A stretch of 64,000 bases of DNA. Origin: Rhynchopus sp. YZ270_cl-10 (taxonomy: Eukaryota). The translations under genes and the position numbers were made by a program. Below are positions 38,192-49,610 of this stretch, one piece after another (position 1 is the first letter of the stretch; each line of letters begins with the position of its first letter). A model generated the notes under the pieces. It saw only the letters and a list, made by a program, of their open reading frames with translations. It did not search any database and was not told the DNA's origin. The stretch is taken from positions 434,001-498,000 of the forward strand of contig OZ037833.1 in the NCBI GenBank assembly GCA_964035575.1, in the 5' to 3' direction.

Positions 38192-38752
38192 CTATTTCTC
38201 ATCCTTCGGGCAAAACGCGGTACACTTCATATCCATTAGGGACTGCAGGTCTGGATTTGTCGCACCTGCACCTGCCTCAGTGACCGGAGGAACAAAAGGG
38301 GGCAAATCCTGCATGCCACCAGGCTGCCCACCATCCACATTCGGGTACGTCGGATGCCAGCGCTGCAGCAGTGTAGTGTAATCACAGGGAAACTCATCCT
38401 TGCCTAACCTCTCATTTACCTCATTGTGCAGCCGGCAGGTCCATAGCGCAAAGTCCTCTCGGGAGGCCACCTGCGGTGGGTCCTTTTTAAGCTGCAGTCT
38501 CATATGGGTTGCGCAGTGTGTACAGGGGTACACATGGCTCCATGCGTTTATGAAGTCATACAGCCGCTTTTGTTGCATGGATGAGGGGCGTTCAGGGTAG
38601 GCTACTGCGGTGGTGTGCAGGATTGTCCAGCCTGCGTTGCCAATAGCATCTGGGTCGGGGGCGTCCTCAAGGTCGATGGTGGGAGGGGGGGGAGGTGATG
38701 TGATTGGTGGTGGTGGCGCGGTGTTGGCGGAGCTGCTCGAAGTGCCACCCAT
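38192..38752 (-). CDS. ERV1: Erv1/ALR FAD-dependent sulfhydryl oxidase
   Basis: WTILHT, YPCTHCA, CRLHNEVNERLGK..F.C, and C-terminal CTAFC shuttle cysteines. Confidence 0.9.
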   Translation of the reverse strand: MGGTSSSSANTAPPPPITSPPPPPTIDLEDAPDPDAIGNAGWTILHTTAVAYPERPSSMQQKRLYDFINAWSHVYPCTHCATHMRLQLKKDPPQVASREDFALWTCRLHNEVNERLGKDEFPCDYTTLLQRWHPTYPNVDGGQPGGMQDLPPFVPPVTEAGAGATNPDLQSLMDMKCTAFCPKDEK

Positions 38753-38849
38753 TGTGTTGTGGATTGGAGGGGAGGGGGGAGGGGGTTTGCCCTGGAGGAG
38801 GGAATAGGGGTGGCATAGGAGGTGGGGGGTATAATATGTAACACAACTC

Positions 38850-38983
38850 TGGTGTGGCTGACGACCTCCAAAATAGCAGAAAAAAGAGCACAAAAATAAT
38901 ACCTCCCTTCAGCACCGAAAAATCCAGATGACCAGAATAGCAGAAAAATAGCAGAAAGTAGCACTCCCCTTTCAGCCGCACCA
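38850..38983. mobile_element. Mini inverted-repeat element
   Basis: TGGTGTGGCTGA...TCAGCCGCACCA inverted ends (11/12) with internal AATAGCAGAAA repeats. No TSD seen. Confidence 0.55.
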
Positions 38984-38989
38984 AACATT

Positions 38990-39702
38990 GGCACAAACCA
39001 TCACAATACACTGAGTAGTGATTAGTGCCAGTTCAACAGCAACGATATGAACAAGCCTTTGAAGATATGAGTCACATGGAGAGGGCATGGAAAAGAAGAG
39101 TCCTGTTCTGTTTCTTTGTTGTGAACAATATAAGAAAAACAGCATAAATATACTGCAGCAATATCATACAATGCAGCGAGGCACAGAGCACGCCTGAAAA
39201 ATGGCTTGGCTGAAAAATGCGTCTGAGGCGTGGCTGAGGCATACAAGTATTCCCGAGTACGCCTCAGCCACGCCTGGGCATTATTCATCCGTCCATAGCC
39301 AGGCCGACTTAGCCTCGTTGCATATGATGGGAAATGGAAGAAAGAACTAAAATGATGAGGTTTTCTGTTGTTCTAAAGCAGTGCAATAATTACGGTCATC
39401 CACGAAACAGGTTGCCAAGGTATCAAAGGTGAAAAAGCATGAGTGGCTACTTGCCATGCACAGCACACCACACAGTGGTATGTGCCTTCAGCCTGTTTCA
39501 TTACTGAGACACCACAAGGCAACGGCGTGTCAACCATGCAACATGAAACACACTGCCACAACAAAACTATAAACAACGAACAAACAAATCCTTTCAAGAC
39601 GAGTGCTCCGCGCACACATCTTTAAAGTGGAGGTGGACAGGTGACAACAAATTAAAAAAGAAAAAAAAACACTGACGACGGCCGGGAACGTATCCCGAAC
39701 TG
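38990..39702. repeat. ~710-bp direct repeat, copy 1
   Basis: Near-identical to 40900-41614. Confidence 0.95.
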
Positions 39703-40114
39703 ATGTGTCGTACAGGTCGAAAAGATTGAGAAAAGAATATTGAAAAAGATGAACCTAAGCCTCGCTTAGAACACCTTCATACAATCGTTAAGAAAGGCTC
39801 TATTGTGTGCGACGGTGCATTAGCAGGCAAGATGCGAAGATACAAATGAACGTTCAACCCCAACTCTTCCTGACCTGTTGTGAGGTGTATCTCTTTCCTC
39901 TCAACAGCAGGAAGTAAGGGGAGACGGACGTATCTGCCGTATGAGGGGTGTGAGGCGATCACGCGAAATTGGAACGAAAAAAGAGAAGTTGAAAAGTGCA
40001 AACAGGAAAATAACATAATCATGGACAAGCGCTTGAACAGACCATGGGGGAGAAAACAGTTTCACAACTTGGGAAGGTGTGGGGCAATGTGCAAGCAGTC
40101 TGCGTTGCACGTAT

Positions 40115-40816
40115 CTAGAACTGAGAAGGGTACGCCTTCACGGGCAGCATGTTGTTGCCCTGGACAACGTGTGCAGTAGGAGCCACAGCCTCCACATCAG
40201 CAGTGTTGTTTGCAGGGGCAGCATCAGTCCACCCAGTGAGGCAGAAGAGGAGGCAGTTCACGATACCAAGCCCAGCCGCAACAAAGATGAACGGAATCCC
40301 GTAGTTCAGGGAGCACTCAGAGAGGGAGTGGTCGTTGTCACTCGAATGGAGCAGCGAGTCGTCGTTGATGAGGTTCTTGTGCACTGCACCCAGCAGGATC
40401 GAGCCGCAGATCACCGCAAACAACGCTCCAAACAGGTGGATGAAGCCAGCAAACCTCCCCACAGACTGCGGCAGCATGCCCACACACGACGCAACGAAAA
40501 ACGTGATTGCAGACATAATGGCAAACGCCTGTGCCGCCTTAAAGAGTGTGCTCACCTCGTCCAGGTCCTTTGTCTTGATTTCCGTCCCTGAAATCCACTC
40601 ACCAAACAACATGAACGATTGCCTACCTCTGAACAGCCCTGTCGACGGCATGGGAAGCTCAGTCACCGCAGGCAGCGTCGGGTTCAAGACAATGGGATGG
40701 TCAAGGGACACAAAGCAAGCCTTCGTCACACTGTTCTCCGCGACAGCAGTTGCAATGATCAAGCATATCGCAATAGTGCTGCACACCAACATCACGACGC
40801 GTGCAGTGGTGCACAT
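40115..40816 (-). CDS. Amastin-like four-TM surface protein
   Basis: Four hydrophobic segments with FKAAQAFAIMS and YGIPFIFVAAGLGIVN, resembling amastin motifs. Confidence 0.75.
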   Translation of the reverse strand: MCTTARVVMLVCSTIAICLIIATAVAENSVTKACFVSLDHPIVLNPTLPAVTELPMPSTGLFRGRQSFMLFGEWISGTEIKTKDLDEVSTLFKAAQAFAIMSAITFFVASCVGMLPQSVGRFAGFIHLFGALFAVICGSILLGAVHKNLINDDSLLHSSDNDHSLSECSLNYGIPFIFVAAGLGIVNCLLFCLTGWTDAAPANNTADVEAVAPTAHVVQGNNMLPVKAYPSQF

Positions 40817-40899
40817 TGTTTTGTGTTTTGTGTTTTGTTTCGTAGAGTTACTGAGTCGTGGTGTGGGTAGGGTGGGTGGGTGGGTGGGTGGGTGGTATG

Positions 40900-41614
40900 G
40901 GCACAAACCATCACAATACACACTCAGTAATGATTGGCGTCAGTTCAACAGCAACGATATGAACAAGCCTTTGAAGATATGAGTCACGTGGAGAGGGCAT
41001 GGAAAAGAAGAGTCCTGTTCTGTTTCTTTGTTGTGAACAATATAAGAAAAACAGCATAAATATACTGCAGCAATATCATACAATGCAGCGAGGCACAGAG
41101 CACGCCTGAAAAATGGCTTGGCTGAAAAATGCGTCTGAGGCGTGGCTGAGGCATACAAGTATTCCCGAGTACGCCTCAGCCACGCCTGGGCATTATTCAT
41201 CCGTCCATAGCCAGGCCGACTTAGCCTCGTTGCATATGATGGGAAATGGAAGAAAGAACTAAAATGATGAGGTTTTCTGTTGTTCTAAAGCAGTGCAATA
41301 ATTACGGTCATCCACGAAACAGGTTGCCAAGGTATCAAAGGTGAAAAAGCATGAGTGGCTACTTGCCATGCACAGCACACCACACAGTGGTATGTGCCTT
41401 CAGCCTGTTTCATTACTGAGACACCACAAGGCAACGGCGTGTCAACCATGCAACATGAAACACACTGCCACAACAAAACTATAAACAACGAACAAACAAA
41501 TCCTTTCAAGACGAGTGCTCCGCGCACACATCTTTAAAGTGGAGGTGGACAGGTGACAACAAATTAAAAAAGAAAAAAAAACACTGACGACGGCCGGGAA
41601 CGTATCCCGAACTG
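40900..41614. repeat. ~710-bp direct repeat, copy 2
   Basis: Near-identical to 38990-39702. Confidence 0.95.
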
Positions 41615-41960
41615 TGGCACGCCAAGCTCCGCAACAAGCTTCCCCTTCACCTGTGCAAGGGTGGCGCTCCCGTCCACTTCTATCACACAGCTTGCAGACT
41701 CGAAGTGTCCTGTGATGTCCATGTTCAGGGGGTGTAACTCTGGGAAGGGTGTGTACAGGGCACTGGAAGAGGAAAATATGTCAGGAGCTCCGAAAGCATG
41801 AGGGGCAAGGCAAAGGTAGTGTTATGTATTACTCAAGGGGATGCGTTGTAAACGAAGGGACCTCTGAACCGGTGAGTCATCTCATAAGAGAAAAATATGC
41901 GTTACTTCGCTTCTCCCCAACAATGCCAGAGGAAGATTTCCAAGCAGGGGTTGTCAGGAC

Positions 41961-43739
41961 TTATTGTGTTCTCTGTCGCTTCGCAGGTGGTTCTACGCCA
42001 TCACCGCTCCGGTAGCCAGGTCTCTCACTTAAACCGGATATGATTATTTGATTCAATATGACACGGTTCGACCCGCAATAGTTTAGCTTCATCTCCGGCA
42101 AACTATAAAAGAGAAGAAAGCCCCCCATTGTGTGAACACGGCTGAAGGGAGAGAGATCGACTGTGTTCAACTTGCAGCACGCAAGGAAGAAGCTACCAAC
42201 GACAGTGACATTACCCAACGCAGAAAGACACACTTCTTTGAGTGATCTACACGAGAGGAGGAAGTTGTCTTCAATCCGGGTGACACTGCTCAACCCTGAA
42301 AGGTGAATGCTGCTTAGCCTAGAGCAGCCCGAAAGGAAGTCTCTACCAACCTTCGTTAGACGCAAAACTGAAGTGTCCAAGTCTTCCAATGCCTCGCAGC
42401 CACAAAGAAACCCGTCCCCAACCTCAGTGACTTTACCCAGTCCTGACAAGCAAATGCTTGCCAAAGAAGTGCAGTGTGCAAGGAATGCATTACCCACTGT
42501 AGTCACGTTGGAGGGGGCACTGAGGTCAAGTGTTTGCAAATGCGAGTATGAAAAGAAGGAATTCGGAATGCTCGCAACACCCGTCTGCAGCAGCAAGCAC
42601 GCCGCCTCAGGGTTTGTCACAGTCCCCAGCCGCGCCGCTGTGAAGTCTGTCTCGCCCAATGCGCGAAGCTTTGTGATGATGGGATACGTCTTGTCCGCCG
42701 CCACTGCTACTATGCGCCCATCCATCAGGGCGATATCATCTCCGTCTTCTATTCTCCCGTATGAGTCCGTCATGTGAAAGCTGTGTTCTTGTAATGCAAG
42801 GTTGGACGCCACCTTCCTACGCAGATCCACAGCCGTGTCACCGGCACGTAATTCAACCGTGAAGTTATTGGCAAAAGACGCAATCATCACAGACACAACA
42901 GGTGCTACTCTGTGGACAAGTGCATTGTGCACACGTGACACAGGAAGCTTCAGGGATATCGTTGCGTATGGGTGTGCAGCACCCTCATGGCGGTGGAGCT
43001 CTACACTCTCTTCCATGCTGTCGATGCGGCGCATGATGGCCTGCGACTCTGTGAACGCACGCAGCGCCTGGTCGTCCCCAAGCTGGCACACCGCCTCGCA
43101 CCCAGCAATCACATCTCCCGCCTTCGCAACAAACGCATCCAATGCACGCACCTCCCCCTCAGCACTCAGTGCCTGTGTCAGGAACACACGTTGCAACTCC
43201 TCCTCACACACCACACGGCTCCGTGACAGACCCTCACCCATGACTAAATACTCCACGTCGGTCTGCAGGAGAATGTCAGCGTAATTCTTCTCCTGACGAG
43301 AGAACAAGCCCCCAACCACGCTGCACTCTGCAGCTGCATCGGCCTGCTTCTGCTTCAGGGCTGCTGCGTGCGCACGAAGCGTGTCGCGTCGGCGTTCGAT
43401 GTACTTCACGATGTCTGTTGTCTTGTGTCCCGCATGCTCGTTCTTGTCGCAGCGCATGCAGATCAACGCGTCTCCACACTCAGGGGTTTCACAGACGAGG
43501 TGCAGCTTGTATTCTGGGTGCAGTGCACAGTTTGAAGACGTCCCGTACGAAACAACAGAGGCGTGGTGCATTTCACGGTCTCGTGCCCTTGGGTGCAGAG
43601 CTTCGAAGCAGGCAGGGTTGTCACACATGAACAGATCGATGCACACACCACACTGCAGCTGTGCAGGTGCATAACAGCCCTCTGCCTCACACGAAGGGAT
43701 GTGCGGTGCTGTCGGCTCCATGACACCATCCTGGCCCAT
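41961..43739 (-). CDS. Tandem B-box, coiled coil, ubiquitin-like and LRR protein
   Basis: CxxC/H B-box motifs (CALH..CETPEC..ICMRC..HAGH). The Ubl-like VELRAGDTAVDLRRKVA and the 23-aa LRRs are related to the genes at 57-62 kb. Confidence 0.85.
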   Translation of the reverse strand: MGQDGVMEPTAPHIPSCEAEGCYAPAQLQCGVCIDLFMCDNPACFEALHPRARDREMHHASVVSYGTSSNCALHPEYKLHLVCETPECGDALICMRCDKNEHAGHKTTDIVKYIERRRDTLRAHAAALKQKQADAAAECSVVGGLFSRQEKNYADILLQTDVEYLVMGEGLSRSRVVCEEELQRVFLTQALSAEGEVRALDAFVAKAGDVIAGCEAVCQLGDDQALRAFTESQAIMRRIDSMEESVELHRHEGAAHPYATISLKLPVSRVHNALVHRVAPVVSVMIASFANNFTVELRAGDTAVDLRRKVASNLALQEHSFHMTDSYGRIEDGDDIALMDGRIVAVAADKTYPIITKLRALGETDFTAARLGTVTNPEAACLLLQTGVASIPNSFFSYSHLQTLDLSAPSNVTTVGNAFLAHCTSLASICLSGLGKVTEVGDGFLCGCEALEDLDTSVLRLTKVGRDFLSGCSRLSSIHLSGLSSVTRIEDNFLLSCRSLKEVCLSALGNVTVVGSFFLACCKLNTVDLSPFSRVHTMGGFLLFYSLPEMKLNYCGSNRVILNQIIISGLSERPGYRSGDGVEPPAKRQRTQ

Positions 43740-44623
43740 CTTGGGAGGGGGGATGTTCTGATGGGTGATGTGGTGGAGTGGGGAAGGTATACCGCAACAA
43801 ACAAAACAAAAAATTGATCCATCAAATCTATCTCAGAGACACAAAGCTGATAACACAAAAATCAACACAAATTCGACCGATTTTCTCACAAAGTCGCCTG
43901 AAGGCTAACGAATTAATTAAGGTATAGATGCATCCTCACGATCATCCTCAGGCCGTATGTTTATGTGCAATGTCTGGGGAAAGCACTAAAGCACTACCCT
44001 CTACCCGGGTTTGGAAAAGTCCAGGAAAAAACACAATTTGCAGAATAAGAACCGTGTTGAAAGACACCGTCAGAGCGCGTTACATTTACATTCAACCGAA
44101 GAAAATATTTTCACTGTTCTGGATCTTAGAACCCTGTCAAAGAAAGAGCGTCTTCGGAGGGGAAACATTTTACTACCGATTATTTTTTCCTTCCTTCAAA
44201 ACTTCACACACAACGCCTTTGGTTTTTGGGAGACACACAAAGGTGCCAGGTTCTATGATATGCACGGAACCACCCTGCACCTGTCACATTGTTTCCCGCT
44301 GCAATACATGGAGAAACGTTTCGCGATCGAAACTAGGGGATTTCTAAATTTGTCCCCCCCCCCATACCCCCGACTTACCATTCCTTTTAAAAAAGGACAC
44401 GTTTCTCAAAACAAGAAGAAAGTTTGAAAGACGGATGAGCCTCCCAACAGACAGAGATATACATCGCTATAAACGTTCTGGGCACGTAGGAATCGAGGTC
44501 CCACGAACCCACCTTCACACCCACTCTGCAGAACATTATGTCAAGTGGCAGAGCTCCTTCATGCAGGAAACACTTTGATACGCACAAAGCTTTCTGTTTC
44601 GTGTGTTCAGATCATCGCCGGTC

Positions 44624-47600
44624 TCATTTAATCTCATTGAGCCCCAAGACCTCTACTAGCACCACGGCGAGAAACTGTGTGTGGGGGTGGGTGAGGGGTG
44701 AGGAAGGCGTCCTTCTGGCATTGCATTTTGGCAGTTTCCTTATAAGTAGCTTTGCCAAAAAGGAGGGAAAATGGATGTGGTAATGTGTTTACCAAAATAA
44801 GAGACAGCTACCTCCGACTGAAACCTAAGATAAAAGCAAGCACTGCATCCCTGGATGCACTCCCACAGAATAAAAAGAGGGGTAAAACAAACATACCAGA
44901 ACCCCAGCCATCGCAACGTAGGCACAGGTCAGGCGCTTAGTGTCGTGCAGGACAAACGCTAAGAGAGGTGCCTCCTCCCAGTGTTGGCAGAGTACGTGTA
45001 CGTTGTACTTTTTGTACTTTGTACTTTTGTACTTTTTGACGTACTTTTTGGCGCCCAAATCCGTACTTTATGACCCTATATTTTACCCTGGGAATTCGAA
45101 GCAAAATCCGTATTTCCCCTCTCTTCACCCCAATCACACTCAAAAAAGGTTTTTTGTTATTCAATGGTGTTCCGGAGAGGGCCCATATTGACATGTCCTT
45201 GACATGTCCCCGACAGTGGGGGGTGTCATTTTGTAATTTGCTTAAGAGTGGGTTTTGTTTTTGCCCGGGAAAATCACCCACTAAGGAAGGGGTAGTGCTC
45301 AAAACCGCCCGAAGTCTGGAAGTGGCCGTCTTCTGGGCTATGTAGGCATCATAGGTGGTGCCTACTAGTGGTCTGAGCACACGGAGTTGCGACAACTCGG
45401 CCATAGTACCATAGTACCATAGTACCATAGTACCATAGTACCATAGTACCATAGTACCATAGTACCATAGTACCATAGTACCATAGTACCATAGTACCAT
45501 AGTACCATAGTACCATAGTACCATAGTACCATAGTACCATAGTACCATAGTACCATAGTACCATAGTACCATAGTACCATAGTACCATAGTACCATAGTA
45601 CCATAGTACCATAGTACCATAGTACCATAGTACCATAGTACCATAGTACCATAGTACCATAGTACCATAAGGTCGCCCAGAGCCCACCACGCGCACATTC
45701 TTGAGAAGCCGTTTATAGCTCTGTGCACTGAGCATTTTCCGTACTGCCAACACTGCCCCCAAACCTTTTTTTTTGCCCCCACACTGGTACACCAGCTGCA
45801 CAAACCCGGCCACAAACCCAGATGTACTTTTTGTGTATTTTTTGTACTTTTTACGTACTTTTTGTACTATTGTACTATTGTACTTTTTACGTACTTTTTG
45901 AAATTGGACACGTACTCTGCCAACACTGCCTCCTCCTCCTCCCCTTCCCCCTCCTCCTCCTCGTGCACGTCGTCACCCTCAGCCGTCTTCTTCTTCTTCT
46001 GTGATTTACCCTTATTGCCGTTCTTCCTCTGTGCTTTCGTCCTCTTACGCAGTATCTCACGTTCGTGAGGCCAGACGTGAGGCGTCTCAAAGCCGCTGTC
46101 TTTCCCCACAGCTGGGGCTTCCACAACCTTTTCCTCGTTGTCCGGCTGGCTGTCCTTATTTGAAGTAGCCATACTCAAAGATGGCAAAAACCCGAACAAT
46201 GTGCCCGCTCTTGGAATGGAGGGTTTGGGTTTTGTAGACTCCGTCAGCTCTGGTGGGACCGTAGGGGTGTGGGTGGGAGTCTGCGCAGAGGGTGCAGATG
46301 TGTCCGCAGGGTCTTCGTGACCTGTCGTGTCTGCTTTGGGTGCTTTGGGGGCAGCCTTCTTAGGCTTGTTTGCTTTGGGCTTAGGTTTGGGTTTGTCGTC
46401 AGGGTCAGAGAAGTCGGCGACGGTAGGCTTGCATTTGTGGACAGGCGAAGGCATCGTGTCGTTTTGCTTGAGCGTTTCCTGCTGACGCTTGATGCGGTAA
46501 AACACGCGCTTGTTGCGCTCCTGCTCCTGATCACGCTCACGCTCACGCTCACGCTCACGCTCACGCTCACGCTCACGCTCCTCCTGCTCACGCTCCTCCT
46601 GCTCACGCTCCTCCTGCTCACGCTCCTCCTGCTCACGCTCCTCCTGCTCACGCTCCTCCTGCTCACGCTCCTGCTCACGCTCCTGCTCACGCTCCTGCTC
46701 ACGCTTGATACGTTCCTGCTCACGCTCCTCCTGCTCACGCTGCTGCTCGCGCTTGATACGTTCCTGCTCACGCTCATTGCGCTCCTCCTCTTTGCGCAGG
46801 AGCTCCTCCTCCTTCTGCTTCCTCTCCAGCCCTGCAGCAGCCTCGCGACGAGCCTGCTCTCTGACTTCTTCAACAAGGTCCGCGACAGCACGGCGCAGCT
46901 CCTCCGCCAGCACAACACGCTGCTCCTTCTCAAGGAGGACTAGCTCGCGGCGGTCCAGCTCCTCAGCGCGCACCCCGCCCTGCACCTCCTGGTCTGCACG
47001 CAGGATCGCAAGCTTGTGTTCGCGCTCCTTCCTTGCCACGCGTTCACCCTCAGCAACAAGAGCATCTGCCTGCATCTCCGCAAAGGCATCGTAGTGCTGG
47101 AGGAACTCTGCTGTGACAACCTCACGTGCCTTCAGCTCGTCCTCTCCAAACAGCATGCGTGCACGGTCCTGGTGTTTGTGGAAGTTCTCAACACGTTTAG
47201 ACTCAGCCTTGTTCTTCTTGGCGTGTTCGCGTTGTGCGGCCTCGGGGTTTTCTTCTATTTGTAGGTTGTGATGCATATTTGGTAGAGACAAAGAGAAAGG
47301 CTGGGCTGCAGTAGTCAGGGATATCGTTGCGTATGGGTGTGCAGCACCCTCATGGCGGTGGAGCTCTACACTCTCTTCCATGCTGTCGATGCGGCGCATG
47401 ATGGCCTGCGACTCTGTGAACGCACGCAGCGCCTGGTCGTCCCCAAGCTGGCACACCGCCTCGCACCCAGCAATCACATCTCCCGCCTTCGCAACAAACG
47501 CATCCAATGCACGCACCTCCCCTTCAGCACTCAGTGCCTGTGTCAGGAACACATGTTGCAACTCCTCCTCACACACCACACGGCTCCGTGACAGACCCTC

Positions 47601-48104
47601 ACCCATGACTAAATACTCCACGTCGGTCTGCAGGAGAATGTCAGCGTAATTCTTCTCCTGATGCGAGAACGAGCCTCCAACCACGCTGCACACCTCAGCT
47701 GCATCGGCCTGCTTCTGCTTCAGGGCTGCTGCGTGCGCACGAAGCGTGTCGCATCGGCGTTCAATGTACTTCACGATGTCTGTTGTCTTGTGTCCCGCAT
47801 GCTCGTTCTTGTCGCAGCGCATGCAGATCAACGCGTCTCCACACTCAGGGGTTTCACAGACGAGGTGCAGCTTGTATTCTGGATGCAGTGCACAGTTTGA
47901 GGACGTGCCGTGTGAAACGACAGAGGCGTGGTGCATTTCACGGTCTCGTGCCCTTGGGTGCAGAGCTTCGAAGCAGGCAGGGTTGTCACACATGAACAGA
48001 TCGATGCACACACCACACTGCAGCTGTGCGGGTGCATAACAGTTCCTTGCCTCACACGAAGGGATGTGCGGTGCTGTTGGCTCCACGTCACCATCCTGAC
48101 CCAT
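44624..48104 (-). CDS. B-box/coiled-coil protein with predicted C-terminal membrane anchor, interrupted by a MITE
   Basis: The first ~263 aa are near-identical to the 41961-43739 protein, followed by an EREQE repeat. Removing the MITE and one TSD restores the frame. Intron 44896-44675 (GTATG..CAG) then gives ...AMAGVL|FLAVVLVEVLGLNEIK*. Confidence 0.7.
44979..45928. mobile_element. hAT-like MITE, 8-bp TSD
   Basis: Perfect 21-bp TIR CAGTGTTGGCAGAGTACGTGT. TSD CCTCCTCC at 44971-44978 and 45929-45936. Confidence 0.95.
45401..45669. repeat. (CCATAGTA)n tandem repeat, ~33 units
   Basis: Perfect 8-mer array inside the MITE. Confidence 0.98.
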
Positions 48105-48296
48105 CTTGGGAGGGGGGATGCTCTGATGTGGCTGATGCGGTGGGGTGGGGAAGGTGCATCACTGTGCCGAATCAACAAAAAAAGACCGTCGTTTTTTTAG
48201 CCCCCTGGCAATATCCCCTCACTTAACACCCCCTTGATCTTCATGCCAATGTTAATCGACACAAACATCCTCCCCCTCCCTCCCCCCGCTCCCAAA

Positions 48297-49610
48297 TCAC
48301 TCCCGCTTCTTGGCCATGGCGAGAAACGTTGCTATTTTCGCGTAGTCGCTACGCTCTCCGCTCAGGAGAGCCTCGCGCGCACTCTCCTCACCTCTCATGA
48401 GGAAGAGACGATGCGAGCGCTGTTTACGCTGCCTCTCACGCTCATCACGTTGCGCAAGGTGGAAGTTGTCCTCCTCCAGGTTAATCAGCTGGGTACGTTC
48501 CGTTCCTTCTGCGGACAATACTGCGCCTCGCTCTCTGGCTTGCAGACCTGCGAGCTGCACTTCATTTACTCGAAATCGATTCCGCATCTCCGATTGCACA
48601 AGCTGTCGTCGTGCGTGCACCTCCCCGCCTTCTACCGCATTCATCTCGCGCAGCACCGAATCTCTGTACTCAGGGCTTGTTATCAAAAGGTTCAAATCTT
48701 GCTTCATAGCAACGGTCGCTAAGTCTATGTAATCGTGCCGTTCCCGCTCCAGCATCTGCCGCTCCACCCCTGCCCAGACACAGAACTCCCGTAGGGTATC
48801 ATCTTCAAACATATTGTACAAAGACAACACCCCCTCCCCTTCATGTCGTGTCACCTTTCTGTTCCGCCTCGTTTTTTTACTACCCTTTGTAATCTCGAGA
48901 ACAGAGGAGCTTCGTATCAACTCCACCTCAACCCTCTGCTCTTCAGTCACCCCATTGCGGACATCATCTAAGAGATTCTCTTTGGCGCAGAGCACATCCG
49001 AAAACGCTATTTTCTGAACCCCATAATAAGAAACCGCATCTAAAAGAAAGCTCAATGAACACAAAAACACGCAATCTGCCACACAGATCGTTGAAATTGG
49101 TGAAGTGTTGACCGCAGATATAGTATTACCACAGGAAAGCTTTCCATTTGGACGCACCCTCCCCCTGAGGGAGGTAAACGCGGAGTGGCACTGAACATTA
49201 GCGTTTTGGAGAGTGGACAGAACAGAGATTATTGCGGTTGCCTCTTTTGCAGTGAGTGTTGTGTTGGAGAGATTGAGAATGTCATTTCGACGGTCAACGC
49301 AGTGGGAGAGACGAAGGAGAGCTTTGGAACGGTGTTTCGCACCTTGTGCCTGAATTATTCCTTTTAATGCAAGGCAACCCACAGCGATGCGCACCGCACT
49401 CAGCCGGTCCGCCTCCTTCATCGAAAGGACATTAAGCAAATCTCGCTCCCTGCGTTTCCGTTTCCGGAATGCGACTGTCGTAGCGCCGCACCGAGAGACT
49501 GCAGCAGCACTCCCTACGTCTGCTCGCACAGAAGCAAGATCGTCGCCCACACACCGCGCCTTCCGAGGTACCACAGCACGGGGTATGTCCCACATCGTGG
49601 GGGAGCTCAT
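48297..49610 (-). CDS. Hypothetical protein with charged coiled-coil C-terminus
   Basis: 437-aa ATG ORF on the gene strand after a pyrimidine tract. No family recognised. Confidence 0.65.
   Translation of the reverse strand: MSSPTMWDIPRAVVPRKARCVGDDLASVRADVGSAAAVSRCGATTVAFRKRKRRERDLLNVLSMKEADRLSAVRIAVGCLALKGIIQAQGAKHRSKALLRLSHCVDRRNDILNLSNTTLTAKEATAIISVLSTLQNANVQCHSAFTSLRGRVRPNGKLSCGNTISAVNTSPISTICVADCVFLCSLSFLLDAVSYYGVQKIAFSDVLCAKENLLDDVRNGVTEEQRVEVELIRSSSVLEITKGSKKTRRNRKVTRHEGEGVLSLYNMFEDDTLREFCVWAGVERQMLERERHDYIDLATVAMKQDLNLLITSPEYRDSVLREMNAVEGGEVHARRQLVQSEMRNRFRVNEVQLAGLQARERGAVLSAEGTERTQLINLEEDNFHLAQRDERERQRKQRSHRLFLMRGEESAREALLSGERSDYAKIATFLAMAKKRE

Noticed and set aside
38990..41614. 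LTR retrotransposon
   Set aside because: No TG...CA ends, PBS, gag/pol or TSD seen.
45349..45815. MVLWYYGT-repeat ORFs
   Set aside because: Translation artefacts of the 8-mer satellite.
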